A stretch of DNA of 64,000 bases. It comes from a virus (taxonomy: Duplodnaviria; Caudoviricetes). Made by a program: the position numbers and the translations under genes. The DNA lies in IMG/VR virus record IMGVR_UViG_3300027608_000010; one strand, written 5' to 3'. Shown here in pieces: positions 37,639 to 46,691 of this stretch (position 1 is its first letter; each line of letters opens with the position of its first letter). The notes below the pieces were generated by a model, which did no database searches, had not been told where the DNA came from, and saw only the letters and a program-made list of their open reading frames with translations.

Positions 37639-39711
37639 TTATTCTATATCAACTGCGGTGTTGTATGTAGTAAAACCATTTTCTTTTACAACTTTCAATA
37701 CACTAGGTACTCGTCCTGCTAATTCTTCTCTATGACTAACAAGCCAAATAGATTTTTGTCGCTTACGTGACATGTCCTTAAGAATAGCAATAGCGTTTTC
37801 AACACCCATTGTGTCTAGCCCACTGTCAATCAATTCATCAATGAACAATGTATTGATTGGTGAATATAAGTTCTCCCATACATCACGGAAAGCAAAACTC
37901 AATCCTAGTATCAATCGGTTACGCTCACCACGACTTAGATTATCAAAGTCAAGTTCACGACCCAACTCTGTAATCTCTACGGTTAAGTCATTCTGAAAGA
38001 TAACTTGATGAGGTAAACCAATCTTGTCTAAGTAATGCGTCAACCTACTATTCAAGTATGACAGATTTTGGTCAATGATTTTCTTACGAACAAAACTATC
38101 CTTACTAGTTAGAATATCTAATAAGAACTTCTGATGTTCCATAGTCTTTGTTAGTTTGTTGATTGCTTCAAAGTCAATTGATTGCAATGCATTAGATTCC
38201 ATCTCAATAACTTGTTCAGCATATGGGTCAGTATCAACTGCCTTTGTCTCAATTTGTTGCAACAGCCCGGCTACTTTACTGCGATGCTCAATCGCTTGCG
38301 ACTCAGTATCATAATGTGTGATTGGCATAGGACCTACCTCAACTACTGTAAGTTCTGACAGTTGTTCAGCATATGGATCAACTTCTTTTTCTTTTTCAAG
38401 TATCTTTGTGCGAATGTTTTCTGCATCACTGCCATGACGAATTGCTTCTGCTTCTGTCTTGTAATGTGTCTTGGGCTTGTCACCCAACTCAATAACTTTA
38501 TCAGTTTGTTCTTTTAATTGTCTTTCTAACGTGTTAGCATGAACGGTTGATTCAATCAACATCTGTTCTTTATCAGCTAAGACAGTAGAATGTTGTTCAT
38601 CGTGGAAATCTTGTCCACAAGCATAGCAAGTATGGTCGTGTAACGTAGCAACCTCTGTGGTTAGTTTAGCTACTAACTTTCTTTCTTTGTCTAAGTCTTT
38701 TGTTAACCTAGCAACTTCTTTATCTCGGTCAGTAAGTTCTTTTGATTTTGTATTGTATACAGTTAATGCTCTATGTGCCAGAATTTCTTCTACAATATCA
38801 ATATGACTCATCTTGATACCACTTGTTTCTAGGTCAAGAATGTCTTTGTCTTGCTTTTGTTTCCAAGCAACTTGTCTAGCCAACAATGCATTGTATGCAT
38901 CTTGTTGTTTCTTTTTGACATTGTAAATGGCTAAGTCTTTGTGTGCAAGCAATTCAACTTCAATGTCAATCTTAGCTAACTCATCATATTGTGCTGCTAG
39001 GTATGCTAAGTCACTTTCGTGTTTCTTTTGCCAAAGACCTTGCCTACGTTTAAAACTTTCGATTTGTTCTTTGACACGTTTATTAGCTTCTTCAATTGCT
39101 TTGACTTTAAATTCTTCACCTTGAATACTATCTTTGGTATCTTTTAATAGTATTTTGATAGTCTCAGCTTTTTCGGATAGTAATGTAATACCCAACAACT
39201 GTTCAATGATTTCACGTTGTTCGTTTGCTTTTAGTGCCAAGAACGGCTCACTGTATGTATTCAATGCTACAATATGGCGGAACATGCTACTAGACATACA
39301 TAGTATTTTCTCAATAGCTATTTGTGTTTCTTTGTTTTCGCCCTGTGCATCATCGTTAATTTTTTGTAAATCACTGTTCACATAGAATCGCAGTAAGTTT
39401 GGCTTGCGACCACGTTCAATCTTGTATTCAATACCGTTTACACTAAACTCAAGTGTAACTAACATGCCCTTAGCGTTGGTGCGATTAACTAAATTATCTT
39501 TTCTGATACTGTTAATGGGTACACCAAACAATGCATAACTTAGACCTTGAATAAGACTAGTTTTACCTGTTCCATTACGAGCACCGTCGCCACCCAAGTC
39601 TAAGTTCTCACCTAGAATAAGTGTTAAGTCTTGGCGGTTAAAGTCAACTGCTTGTGTGACTTGTCCGATTGATAGAAAGTTCCGTAATGTAATGTTCTTT
39701 AGTAAAATCAT
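37639..39711 (-). CDS. gp46: Recombination endonuclease ATPase subunit (T4 gp46/SbcC/Rad50-like)
   Basis: 690 aa. Walker A NGTGKT, CYAC zinc hook, LSRGE signature, Walker B FIDELID. Confidence 0.95.
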   Translation of the reverse strand: MILLKNITLRNFLSIGQVTQAVDFNRQDLTLILGENLDLGGDGARNGTGKTSLIQGLSYALFGVPINSIRKDNLVNRTNAKGMLVTLEFSVNGIEYKIERGRKPNLLRFYVNSDLQKINDDAQGENKETQIAIEKILCMSSSMFRHIVALNTYSEPFLALKANEQREIIEQLLGITLLSEKAETIKILLKDTKDSIQGEEFKVKAIEEANKRVKEQIESFKRRQGLWQKKHESDLAYLAAQYDELAKIDIEVELLAHKDLAIYNVKKKQQDAYNALLARQVAWKQKQDKDILDLETSGIKMSHIDIVEEILAHRALTVYNTKSKELTDRDKEVARLTKDLDKERKLVAKLTTEVATLHDHTCYACGQDFHDEQHSTVLADKEQMLIESTVHANTLERQLKEQTDKVIELGDKPKTHYKTEAEAIRHGSDAENIRTKILEKEKEVDPYAEQLSELTVVEVGPMPITHYDTESQAIEHRSKVAGLLQQIETKAVDTDPYAEQVIEMESNALQSIDFEAINKLTKTMEHQKFLLDILTSKDSFVRKKIIDQNLSYLNSRLTHYLDKIGLPHQVIFQNDLTVEITELGRELDFDNLSRGERNRLILGLSFAFRDVWENLYSPINTLFIDELIDSGLDTMGVENAIAILKDMSRKRQKSIWLVSHREELAGRVPSVLKVVKENGFTTYNTAVDIE

Positions 39712-40721
39712 AGGTTATTGTAAATCTCTAACAAAATTCGTTTGTCAAATGTATTTGATTCGATGCTGTTAATCTGGTCGATGACAATTTGGTCTACACT
39801 TTCAAACTTCAAGCCACCATTGGCCTGTTGTTCTACTTGGTCAACCTTCATAGGTATCAATGCCATTTCACGTAGTTTGTGTTCTGGAATAAGTGTCTCC
39901 CGAATAAAGTTTGCTTCTTCATAACTGATATCAATGTCAAGATGTACTCTAACATGACTGTCAGGTAATAGCAACCCCTTAGGATTTTCTAGTATGTCAC
40001 TAAGTTTGTAAACTCTATACATGGGTTGCCCCGGCCAACTACGAAACTGAGGATCTTGTCCCCATTCCAATATCATCATACCACGTGCGTCATCACCTGC
40101 GTCTGCGTAGTTATGTGGGAAAGCATTTCCAGTATACCAAACGTTTTTCTTTGCTTGTCGTTTATGAAAGTGACCACTGAATACGGTATCAAACCCTGTC
40201 ATGTGTTCAGCACTTATCTCACCATGATCTGGCATCTCTACCATAGCATTCATAAAGAAGTTTGGCAGTTCAAAATGACCAAACATATATTTGCCACTTA
40301 GTTTTTTAATCTTTTTGTAATCATCTTGTACAAGCCAGGGTGCAATAACAACATCATCTCTAACAAACCAATCATTGACAATAGTGACGTTGGGTAAATG
40401 TTTAGCCCATGCAACGCTGTGAATATCTCGCTTGTCTCTGTAATACAAGTCATGATTACCGGGTATAAAGTATACTTGGTCAAATGCTTGGTTGAGTTTT
40501 TCTAATGCTTGCAATCCAAACTGTAGTGTATGAATGTTAATGCTTGCACGATGATGGTTATAATCGCCTAAGAAGAAACAAGTCTCACAGTTTTCTTTCT
40601 TTGCCTCAGCAATGAACCAATCTACAAAATTGGCACAGTCTTGATTGTGTTGTAAGCTGTTACTCTTAAGTCCGAAGTGAATGTCGGTAAAGGTTGCGGC
40701 TTTCTTAAAAAGGTTAGTCAT
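39708..40721 (-). CDS. gp47: Recombination endonuclease nuclease subunit (T4 gp47/SbcD/Mre11-like)
   Basis: 337 aa. Metallophosphoesterase motifs DIH, GD, GNHD, GHFH. Confidence 0.95.
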   Translation of the reverse strand: MTNLFKKAATFTDIHFGLKSNSLQHNQDCANFVDWFIAEAKKENCETCFFLGDYNHHRASINIHTLQFGLQALEKLNQAFDQVYFIPGNHDLYYRDKRDIHSVAWAKHLPNVTIVNDWFVRDDVVIAPWLVQDDYKKIKKLSGKYMFGHFELPNFFMNAMVEMPDHGEISAEHMTGFDTVFSGHFHKRQAKKNVWYTGNAFPHNYADAGDDARGMMILEWGQDPQFRSWPGQPMYRVYKLSDILENPKGLLLPDSHVRVHLDIDISYEEANFIRETLIPEHKLREMALIPMKVDQVEQQANGGLKFESVDQIVIDQINSIESNTFDKRILLEIYNNL

Positions 40722-40727
40722 CTGTTG

Positions 40728-40756
40728 ATTATATAGAAGTTAGTGCCGCAAAGCAA
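40728..40756 (-). promoter_or_regulatory. Sigma70-type promoter TTGCTT-N17-TATAAT
   Basis: 17-nt spacer; the -10 box ends 6 nt before the gp47 ATG. Confidence 0.7.
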
Positions 40757-40770
40757 CACCGTCGGTTAAA

Positions 40771-41670
40771 TTATTCTTCGTACATTGTGGAACTAGAACT
40801 TTGTCTAGACCACGATGGATTGAGACCATTGATTTCTAAAATGTCATCCCGTATGTTTTGATTACGCTTTTCGGTGTTCAGTACACGACAAAAGCTATTA
40901 GTTATAGCGGCTGTGTAGTAAGCGAATGGGTTTGCACTTTTGGCTTCATTAAATCTTAATCCAACATATGTAAGTTGAAGAATGGCTGAGTTACGCATTT
41001 CATCATTGTATGTATAACCACGCCAATTGAATTTCATAGCATATTTTTCACACATCATAATGTACATGCGGGCAAGTTTGTTTGTGATGTTACCTTGATC
41101 TTTACCAAACTCACCGTTTACTAGATCACCTTTCCAATGACTCTTACCTATACATTGAAATGTATTTGTCTTGTCAATGCGGAAGTGTTGGAAGGGAGGG
41201 AAGTTAACTTTGACATGAACCATATCATCAATTTCTGCTTTAGTAACTATATCTTCTAGTTCGGCAAATAATTCATCGGTTTCATCTTCAAAATCTAAAA
41301 TGTCTTTGGCTGATTTCTTCTTATCTGATTTTCTGGGTTGCTTGGGTGCAACCGGAACATGATCCCAAGTCATCACACGATATACTAAATCAGTGATTGG
41401 AATGCTTGTTGGGTCAGTAGTACCTTTCCCTAGTTCTTGTTCTAAATCTATTCGTATTGCCCTAGTTTCACGGGCCAGTTGAACATTCTCTGGTTTCAAT
41501 GCATATTCTAAACTTTTTTCAATAGACTCTAAGGGCATATCAACGATGAAATCGTATCTATGATCCTCAGGGGTTAAGAATGTACAATATGAGTTTTTAC
41601 TTGAATGAATCTCTTTTAAAATATCCTTGTTATTCAGATAATTTACAGGTTTTTTGACAGCTATAGACAT
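40771..41670 (-). CDS. gp55: Late-transcription sigma factor (T4 gp55-like)
   Basis: 299 aa. NYLNNKDILKEI, NWRGYTYNDEM, RFNEAKSANPFAYYT...NSF.R. Confidence 0.9.
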   Translation of the reverse strand: MSIAVKKPVNYLNNKDILKEIHSSKNSYCTFLTPEDHRYDFIVDMPLESIEKSLEYALKPENVQLARETRAIRIDLEQELGKGTTDPTSIPITDLVYRVMTWDHVPVAPKQPRKSDKKKSAKDILDFEDETDELFAELEDIVTKAEIDDMVHVKVNFPPFQHFRIDKTNTFQCIGKSHWKGDLVNGEFGKDQGNITNKLARMYIMMCEKYAMKFNWRGYTYNDEMRNSAILQLTYVGLRFNEAKSANPFAYYTAAITNSFCRVLNTEKRNQNIRDDILEINGLNPSWSRQSSSSTMYEE

Positions 41671-41695
41671 AATTCTCCGTTGTTATGATGTACTA

Positions 41696-41724
41696 ATTGT
41701 AACACATTAGTTGCAGAAATGCAA
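41696..41724 (-). promoter_or_regulatory. Sigma70-type promoter TTGCAT-N17-TACAAT with extended -10 TG
   Basis: Upstream of gp55; GGAGA RBS follows. Confidence 0.65.
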
Positions 41725-41767
41725 CAGTTTGATAGTGGAAAAGGTAAAAATACCACTTTTTAATAGC

Positions 41768-41775
41768 GATAAATA
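41768..41775 (+). promoter_or_regulatory. Putative late promoter GATAAATA heading the baseplate operon
   Basis: Upstream of 41796 with AAGG RBS. Confidence 0.65.
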
Positions 41776-41795
41776 TATTTAGTAAAGGTACATAT

Positions 41796-42008
41796 ATGAA
41801 AGCAAACGAAGCAGCCGATGCATGGTTGAAAGTACAACATGACGCCGACACCTTGCGGTCTATTCAGTTCGCCAAACAGCAGGCGGCAAAAGGTGCTCTC
41901 AACGGGTTAGATACTCCTAGACTTAAAGATCCTCTTTTTGATTTTGTTGCCGGTGTGGGAATATACATACCTAAAATTACTACATTGAAACAAGTGTTAG
42001 GATTATAA
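41796..42008 (+). CDS. Chimeric 70-aa ORF whose last 29 aa are identical to the gp53-like C-terminus
   Basis: RLKDPLFDFVAGVGIYIPKITTLKQVLGL is shared with 43428-43727. Confidence 0.65.
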   Translation: MKANEAADAWLKVQHDADTLRSIQFAKQQAAKGALNGLDTPRLKDPLFDFVAGVGIYIPKITTLKQVLGL

Positions 42009-42012
42009 GATG
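41918..42012 (+). repeat. 95-bp direct repeat, copy 1 (81 bp exact, 2 synonymous mismatches)
   Basis: Matches 43637-43731 at an offset of 1719 bp; both copies end TTATAAGATG (stop plus next start). Confidence 0.95.
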
Positions 42013-43428
42013 TCCACACTTTATCAACTCGGTTTTGAAGGAGAGGAGCTTAGACGACAGTTAGAAAAAGTCAACGGAGACCGCAACGATGCCGTAAACT
42101 ATCTCAGTAAACTTGAGGATGAGAATCCGCAAAGGCCGGAACGTATAGCCTTAATACAGAAAGAACTGGAAAGAACTAATGCCCTAGAAGAAGTACTACT
42201 GGCAAAAATTACTGACTGGACTCAAAGATGGAGAGAAGCACAAATCAAAAGAGCCGCATCCGACGAGGCTAAAGAACAAGCTGACCAAGCTAAAAAGACA
42301 GCTACTCTTACACCTGAAGAAACTGCCGCACTACCGGAAAAGCAAGTTTCAAATGTACAACCAACAGGATCAAACTCGGCTCAGGAAACTCTGCCCATTA
42401 TTGGGCAGAATGGCGCAGCTACATTCATAAAAGGACAACCCGAAACCGATGCTGCGACAAATAATATTCCAAATCCCACGACAGCACCGACGGCGGTTGG
42501 TCCGGAAGACCCTGCGGCATTTAAAAATGCAACTAATAACAGTGTCCTCGCTGCTATTAAACCAGCAGACGATGATTTAAACAATAGAATTTTTGCAAGA
42601 AGTCCGGGCGATGAAATGAGCAATGCGGCAGCTGAGGCAGCAAAACCACCACTTGATTGGCGAGTTAAACTTGAACTAGCTAGCAAATCAGATTGGGCTA
42701 CAACTTGGTTTGAAAGTGACGATGCAAAAATTCTAAAACCTTTATCAGAAACTAAAGGGGTTGTATTTCCCTACACACCAACTATTCAAATGGGGTATAA
42801 GGCTCAATATGATTCTACTGACATTACCCATAGCAATTATAAATTGAGTTTTTATAAAAATAGTTATGTAGATGATATTTCAATTTCTGCGGTGTTTACC
42901 GCCCAAGATACAGTAGAAGCTAATTATTTGTTAGCAACAATGCATTTTTTCAAAACAGTTACTAAGATGTTTTACGGGAAAGATACATATCCTATTGCAG
43001 GTACTCCCCCACCATTGTTATTTTTAACTGGATATGGTAAATATCAATTTGATCATCTTCCATTAGTGCTTACTAGTTTTACTTTTACTCTTCCCGATGA
43101 TGTTGATTATATCAGAACAAATACTGATAAGACTTGGTCCGGAACAACAATTGGTATACAAGAATCCAATACTCCGGCGTCGCCAAAACCCAAATCCCCA
43201 GTAAGAGATTGGTTAAATAAAACATTAAGATTGACTAATAACAATTTAGTACCCGGCGGCGAAAAAGTAAAACCGGTTTTTACTAGTATGAATCTTAATA
43301 ACAATGACTCTACTTATGTACCTACTAAAATTTCATTCTCATTGACATTAAAACCTATTGTTACTCGCGGTAATATTAGCAAAAACTATTCAACGCAAGG
43401 ATATGCACAAAAAGGAGGGTATTGGTAA
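42010..43428 (+). CDS. Baseplate/tail-tube initiator-like protein (gp48/gp54-like) with N-terminal coiled-coil extension
   Basis: 472 aa. DWRVKL, GVVFPYTPTI, FTAQD..EANYLLA..HFFKTVTKMFYG, PPPLLFLTGYG motifs; located before gp53. Confidence 0.6.
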   Translation: MSTLYQLGFEGEELRRQLEKVNGDRNDAVNYLSKLEDENPQRPERIALIQKELERTNALEEVLLAKITDWTQRWREAQIKRAASDEAKEQADQAKKTATLTPEETAALPEKQVSNVQPTGSNSAQETLPIIGQNGAATFIKGQPETDAATNNIPNPTTAPTAVGPEDPAAFKNATNNSVLAAIKPADDDLNNRIFARSPGDEMSNAAAEAAKPPLDWRVKLELASKSDWATTWFESDDAKILKPLSETKGVVFPYTPTIQMGYKAQYDSTDITHSNYKLSFYKNSYVDDISISAVFTAQDTVEANYLLATMHFFKTVTKMFYGKDTYPIAGTPPPLLFLTGYGKYQFDHLPLVLTSFTFTLPDDVDYIRTNTDKTWSGTTIGIQESNTPASPKPKSPVRDWLNKTLRLTNNNLVPGGEKVKPVFTSMNLNNNDSTYVPTKISFSLTLKPIVTRGNISKNYSTQGYAQKGGYW

Positions 43429-43727
43429 TGAGTTTTCCTAAAACAAGTCCATATTATCTTTCCTCAGTTTTCAATAATCAATTTTTAGATGTCATGGTAA
43501 ATAGACCTATCCCAATGATTGAGACAGATGAATATTGGGAAATAACACAAACATATAGTTTAAGACCTGACCTACTAGCGTATGACTTATACAATGAAAG
43601 TACGTTATGGTGGGTCTTTGCACAACGCAATCCTAATAGACTTAAAGATCCTCTTTTTGATTTTGTTGCCGGTGTGGGAATATACATACCTAAAATTACT
43701 ACATTGAAACAAGTGTTGGGGTTATAA
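43428..43727 (+). CDS. gp53: Baseplate wedge protein, LysM-like (T4 gp53-like)
   Basis: ATG at 43428 (TAATG overlap, AAGGAGG RBS). RPDLLAYDLYNESTLWWVFAQRN motif. Confidence 0.85.
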   Translation: MSFPKTSPYYLSSVFNNQFLDVMVNRPIPMIETDEYWEITQTYSLRPDLLAYDLYNESTLWWVFAQRNPNRLKDPLFDFVAGVGIYIPKITTLKQVLGL

Positions 43728-43731
43728 GATG
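43637..43731 (+). repeat. 95-bp direct repeat, copy 2
   Basis: See copy 1 at 41918-42012. Confidence 0.95.
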
Positions 43732-46662
43732 GCAGGCACTAAAGCTGAAATTGACGCTCTCAAAAGAGAACGAGAAGCCAATAACAAAATAGCCGACGCG
43801 GCTTGGCAAGAGTATCTTCAAAAAGTTAATAAAGAATTTGCGGTTGAGCTTACTAAAAATTCTGCTGATAACAATGCAATAAACGCATCAAAATCTACTC
43901 TTAGCGAAGCTGAATATATTCAAAAAAAGATAGAGATTCAAAAAACTAATATAGATATATCTGAAAGAGCTATTACTGACATTACTAATATATACAACAA
44001 AATAGCTGTAACTTCGGGGTCACCTAGAGGTGATTATGTATCAGACTATCAGACTAAAATGAGGCAACAGCTAACAGGTCTGCAAGTATTAATTGCTGAT
44101 GCCAAATACGATATAACAGCTTTTGAAACAAAACTAAATGCCTTAACCGGAAAACAATCTGCGACCGAAGAAGAAGCCGCAAAGGCAAAAGCTGCGGAAG
44201 AAGCTACAAAAACCCCAATAGTTGGCAACACAACAGACCCTGCAAAAGCATCATCTGAGGTAGCCGATGATGAACAAGGAGAAAAAAAAGAAAAAAAAGA
44301 TGCTGTCTATGGGCTACGGACAAGTGAAATTAACTCTGCCCCAGCCCAATCCGAACCTATAAAAGTAAATGTTACTGGTTTTATTCCCATTAGTGATATA
44401 GCATCTGATAAAACTCCCGGAGCAAGAGATTTTAATCCACTATCACTATACAGTAGCTATACCTATAATCTAACATTGAGTTTAGTAACTCCTACTATCT
44501 ATAATAGATTTATTAATGGAGAAATTAATGCAGTTGACGAAGCACCTATCATTGTTAGAAGTGGCGGAACAAGTCAAAAAAGAGCAGATGGGTTTGAGTT
44601 AGATTTTTATATTGACGATTTAGAACTTGAAACTTTAACTAATTCTAAAGAAACTCTAATTTCAACTAATACAATGAAGTTTAAATTTAAAGTTTATGAA
44701 CCATATGGTTTTAGTTTTCCACATAAATTATCAGAACTACGTAACAATTCAGCAAGCCGCACCCCGGATTCTATTCGAGGTAACTATTTTTTAACAATAC
44801 GTTTTTATGGATACACTGACCCCGCTCTGGACGAGGACAGAACACCACATCCAATTGCTCAAAAATCACCACACGAAAGAACTTTTTGCATATACATTAC
44901 TACTGTTGGTTATAAATTAGAACAGGGTTTAGTAGTATATGATATTACCGCAGTTCCTGCAGGAGAACTAGTTGCATTGGGTAACTATGGTGTTATCACT
45001 TCAAATAAAAGTTTTCAAGGAAAAACAGTAGGTGAACTTCTCTTAGGAGAAAACCCTGATCCATCTGTTAAGAGTGTAGTTGATGTTTTGAATAATGACG
45101 AAAAACGCCGCCTTGATAATAAGGAAATTGAAGTTGCAAACGTTTATAAAATAGAAATATGGGACGATGATATATTAAATGCGCCAATGGTAAACAAGAA
45201 GGATCTTTCAGCACAGAAAACACCATTAACAACTATTGTTACTCCAAACCAAGTAAATGCAAGAACTGAATATCGAATGAATTATGCTGAAAAAGGTCTT
45301 GTTAATTATGATATAAGAATAGTTAGCAATTCCGCCGGTGAACCAATAATTAATATAATTGATACTATTATTTCTCAGAGTGATTTTGTTAGAAGTAAAT
45401 TAAGTTCTGTTACAAAGGAAGACCCAATAAACACTGAACCTGTTGATAACGGATCAAGTGATTTAATACGTTGGTATAATATTACTCCAAAAATTAAATT
45501 TTTAGCAACTGGTTCAGGACCTGAAGGTAAAGATATTAAACGTAATAACTTTGCGTATGAAATTACATACATCATTCAATTATATAAAGTACCTTTTCTT
45601 AGAACAATTTATTCAAATGCTTTAGAAAAATATTACGGGCCTTATAAACGGTATCAATATTGGTATACCGGCCAAAACACAGAAGTATTATCATTTGATG
45701 TGAGTTATAATTTTACCTACCAATTAGAAAACTCTAATTCTTCTTCTGCAAAAACACAAACATCAAGTAACATAGGTGAAATTCCGATAGCAACTGTTGG
45801 CGCCGCTGGTGCTAGAAACGCTGGTAAAGAAATTGGGACAAATGAAGAAGTTAATAGTATCCGTTCTTGGTTATACAGTCCGGGTGAATTAGTGAAATAT
45901 AATTTGTCAATTTTGGGTGATCCTGATTACTTAATGCCGGCCTTTAATGGAACAATAGTGAAACAATTGAATAGATGGTATGGAGACGATTATGCAATTA
46001 ATCCAGGTGTGGGCCAAGTTTTTATTGAGATTGATTTTAAGCAAGCTGAGGACTATGATGAAAAAACAGGACTGCTTAAAACTGATGATAGAATATTATT
46101 CATGGATTATCCTAAAAGTATGAACCCAAAACCAAAAGGTTTTGTGTTCATGGTAAATAAAGTTATTAGTTCTTTTAGTAGGGGTAAATTTGTACAACGA
46201 CTTACCGGAGGACTACCTAATTTTTCAGCAGCAACTGAAAAAAACCTAAATTCAACTTCAGTTTCAGATCCAGGTAGAAGTACAGGATATGATTCTTTAG
46301 GTACTAATAATAGAGTTGCACAATTTGGTGTTAGTGAACAAATCAATTCGCCACCGGTCGATGGTAACATGCCAGGGGTGTTAGGTACTAATAGAGTTGC
46401 ACAATTCGGTGTTGATAATCAAATCAGTTCGCCACCGATGGTAAATCAAACAGCGCAAGCCAGTGACAATGATGATAATAGCGGTAGTACTGCTAGTAAC
46501 AACAATAATACAAATTCACAATCAGATGAAGGCGGCAGAGAACCTGTGTATACAGAATCCGTAGCTTTTAATAAAGGAAAAGTGCCAATCAGCGGCAGAA
46601 AACCTGTGTATACAGAATCCGTAGCTTTTGGTCAACGAAATGTAATATCAAATAATGTATAA
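43729..46662 (+). CDS. Baseplate hub-like protein (gp27-like) with variable N- and C-terminal extensions
   Basis: 977 aa. NPLSLYSSYTYNLTL, FYIDDLELET, KRYQYWYTGQNTEV, LSILGDPDYL; located between gp53 and gp5. Confidence 0.6.
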   Translation: MAGTKAEIDALKREREANNKIADAAWQEYLQKVNKEFAVELTKNSADNNAINASKSTLSEAEYIQKKIEIQKTNIDISERAITDITNIYNKIAVTSGSPRGDYVSDYQTKMRQQLTGLQVLIADAKYDITAFETKLNALTGKQSATEEEAAKAKAAEEATKTPIVGNTTDPAKASSEVADDEQGEKKEKKDAVYGLRTSEINSAPAQSEPIKVNVTGFIPISDIASDKTPGARDFNPLSLYSSYTYNLTLSLVTPTIYNRFINGEINAVDEAPIIVRSGGTSQKRADGFELDFYIDDLELETLTNSKETLISTNTMKFKFKVYEPYGFSFPHKLSELRNNSASRTPDSIRGNYFLTIRFYGYTDPALDEDRTPHPIAQKSPHERTFCIYITTVGYKLEQGLVVYDITAVPAGELVALGNYGVITSNKSFQGKTVGELLLGENPDPSVKSVVDVLNNDEKRRLDNKEIEVANVYKIEIWDDDILNAPMVNKKDLSAQKTPLTTIVTPNQVNARTEYRMNYAEKGLVNYDIRIVSNSAGEPIINIIDTIISQSDFVRSKLSSVTKEDPINTEPVDNGSSDLIRWYNITPKIKFLATGSGPEGKDIKRNNFAYEITYIIQLYKVPFLRTIYSNALEKYYGPYKRYQYWYTGQNTEVLSFDVSYNFTYQLENSNSSSAKTQTSSNIGEIPIATVGAAGARNAGKEIGTNEEVNSIRSWLYSPGELVKYNLSILGDPDYLMPAFNGTIVKQLNRWYGDDYAINPGVGQVFIEIDFKQAEDYDEKTGLLKTDDRILFMDYPKSMNPKPKGFVFMVNKVISSFSRGKFVQRLTGGLPNFSAATEKNLNSTSVSDPGRSTGYDSLGTNNRVAQFGVSEQINSPPVDGNMPGVLGTNRVAQFGVDNQISSPPMVNQTAQASDNDDNSGSTASNNNNTNSQSDEGGREPVYTESVAFNKGKVPISGRKPVYTESVAFGQRNVISNNV
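46297..46628 (+). repeat. Short in-frame repeats at the hub C-terminus (LGTN(N)RVAQFGV...SPP x2; PVYTESVAF x2)
   Basis: Periods of about 84 bp (46297/46381) and 60 bp (46541/46601, 28 bp exact). Confidence 0.85.
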
Positions 46663-46691
46663 GATATCAGTAAAATATAGGAAAACAATGT

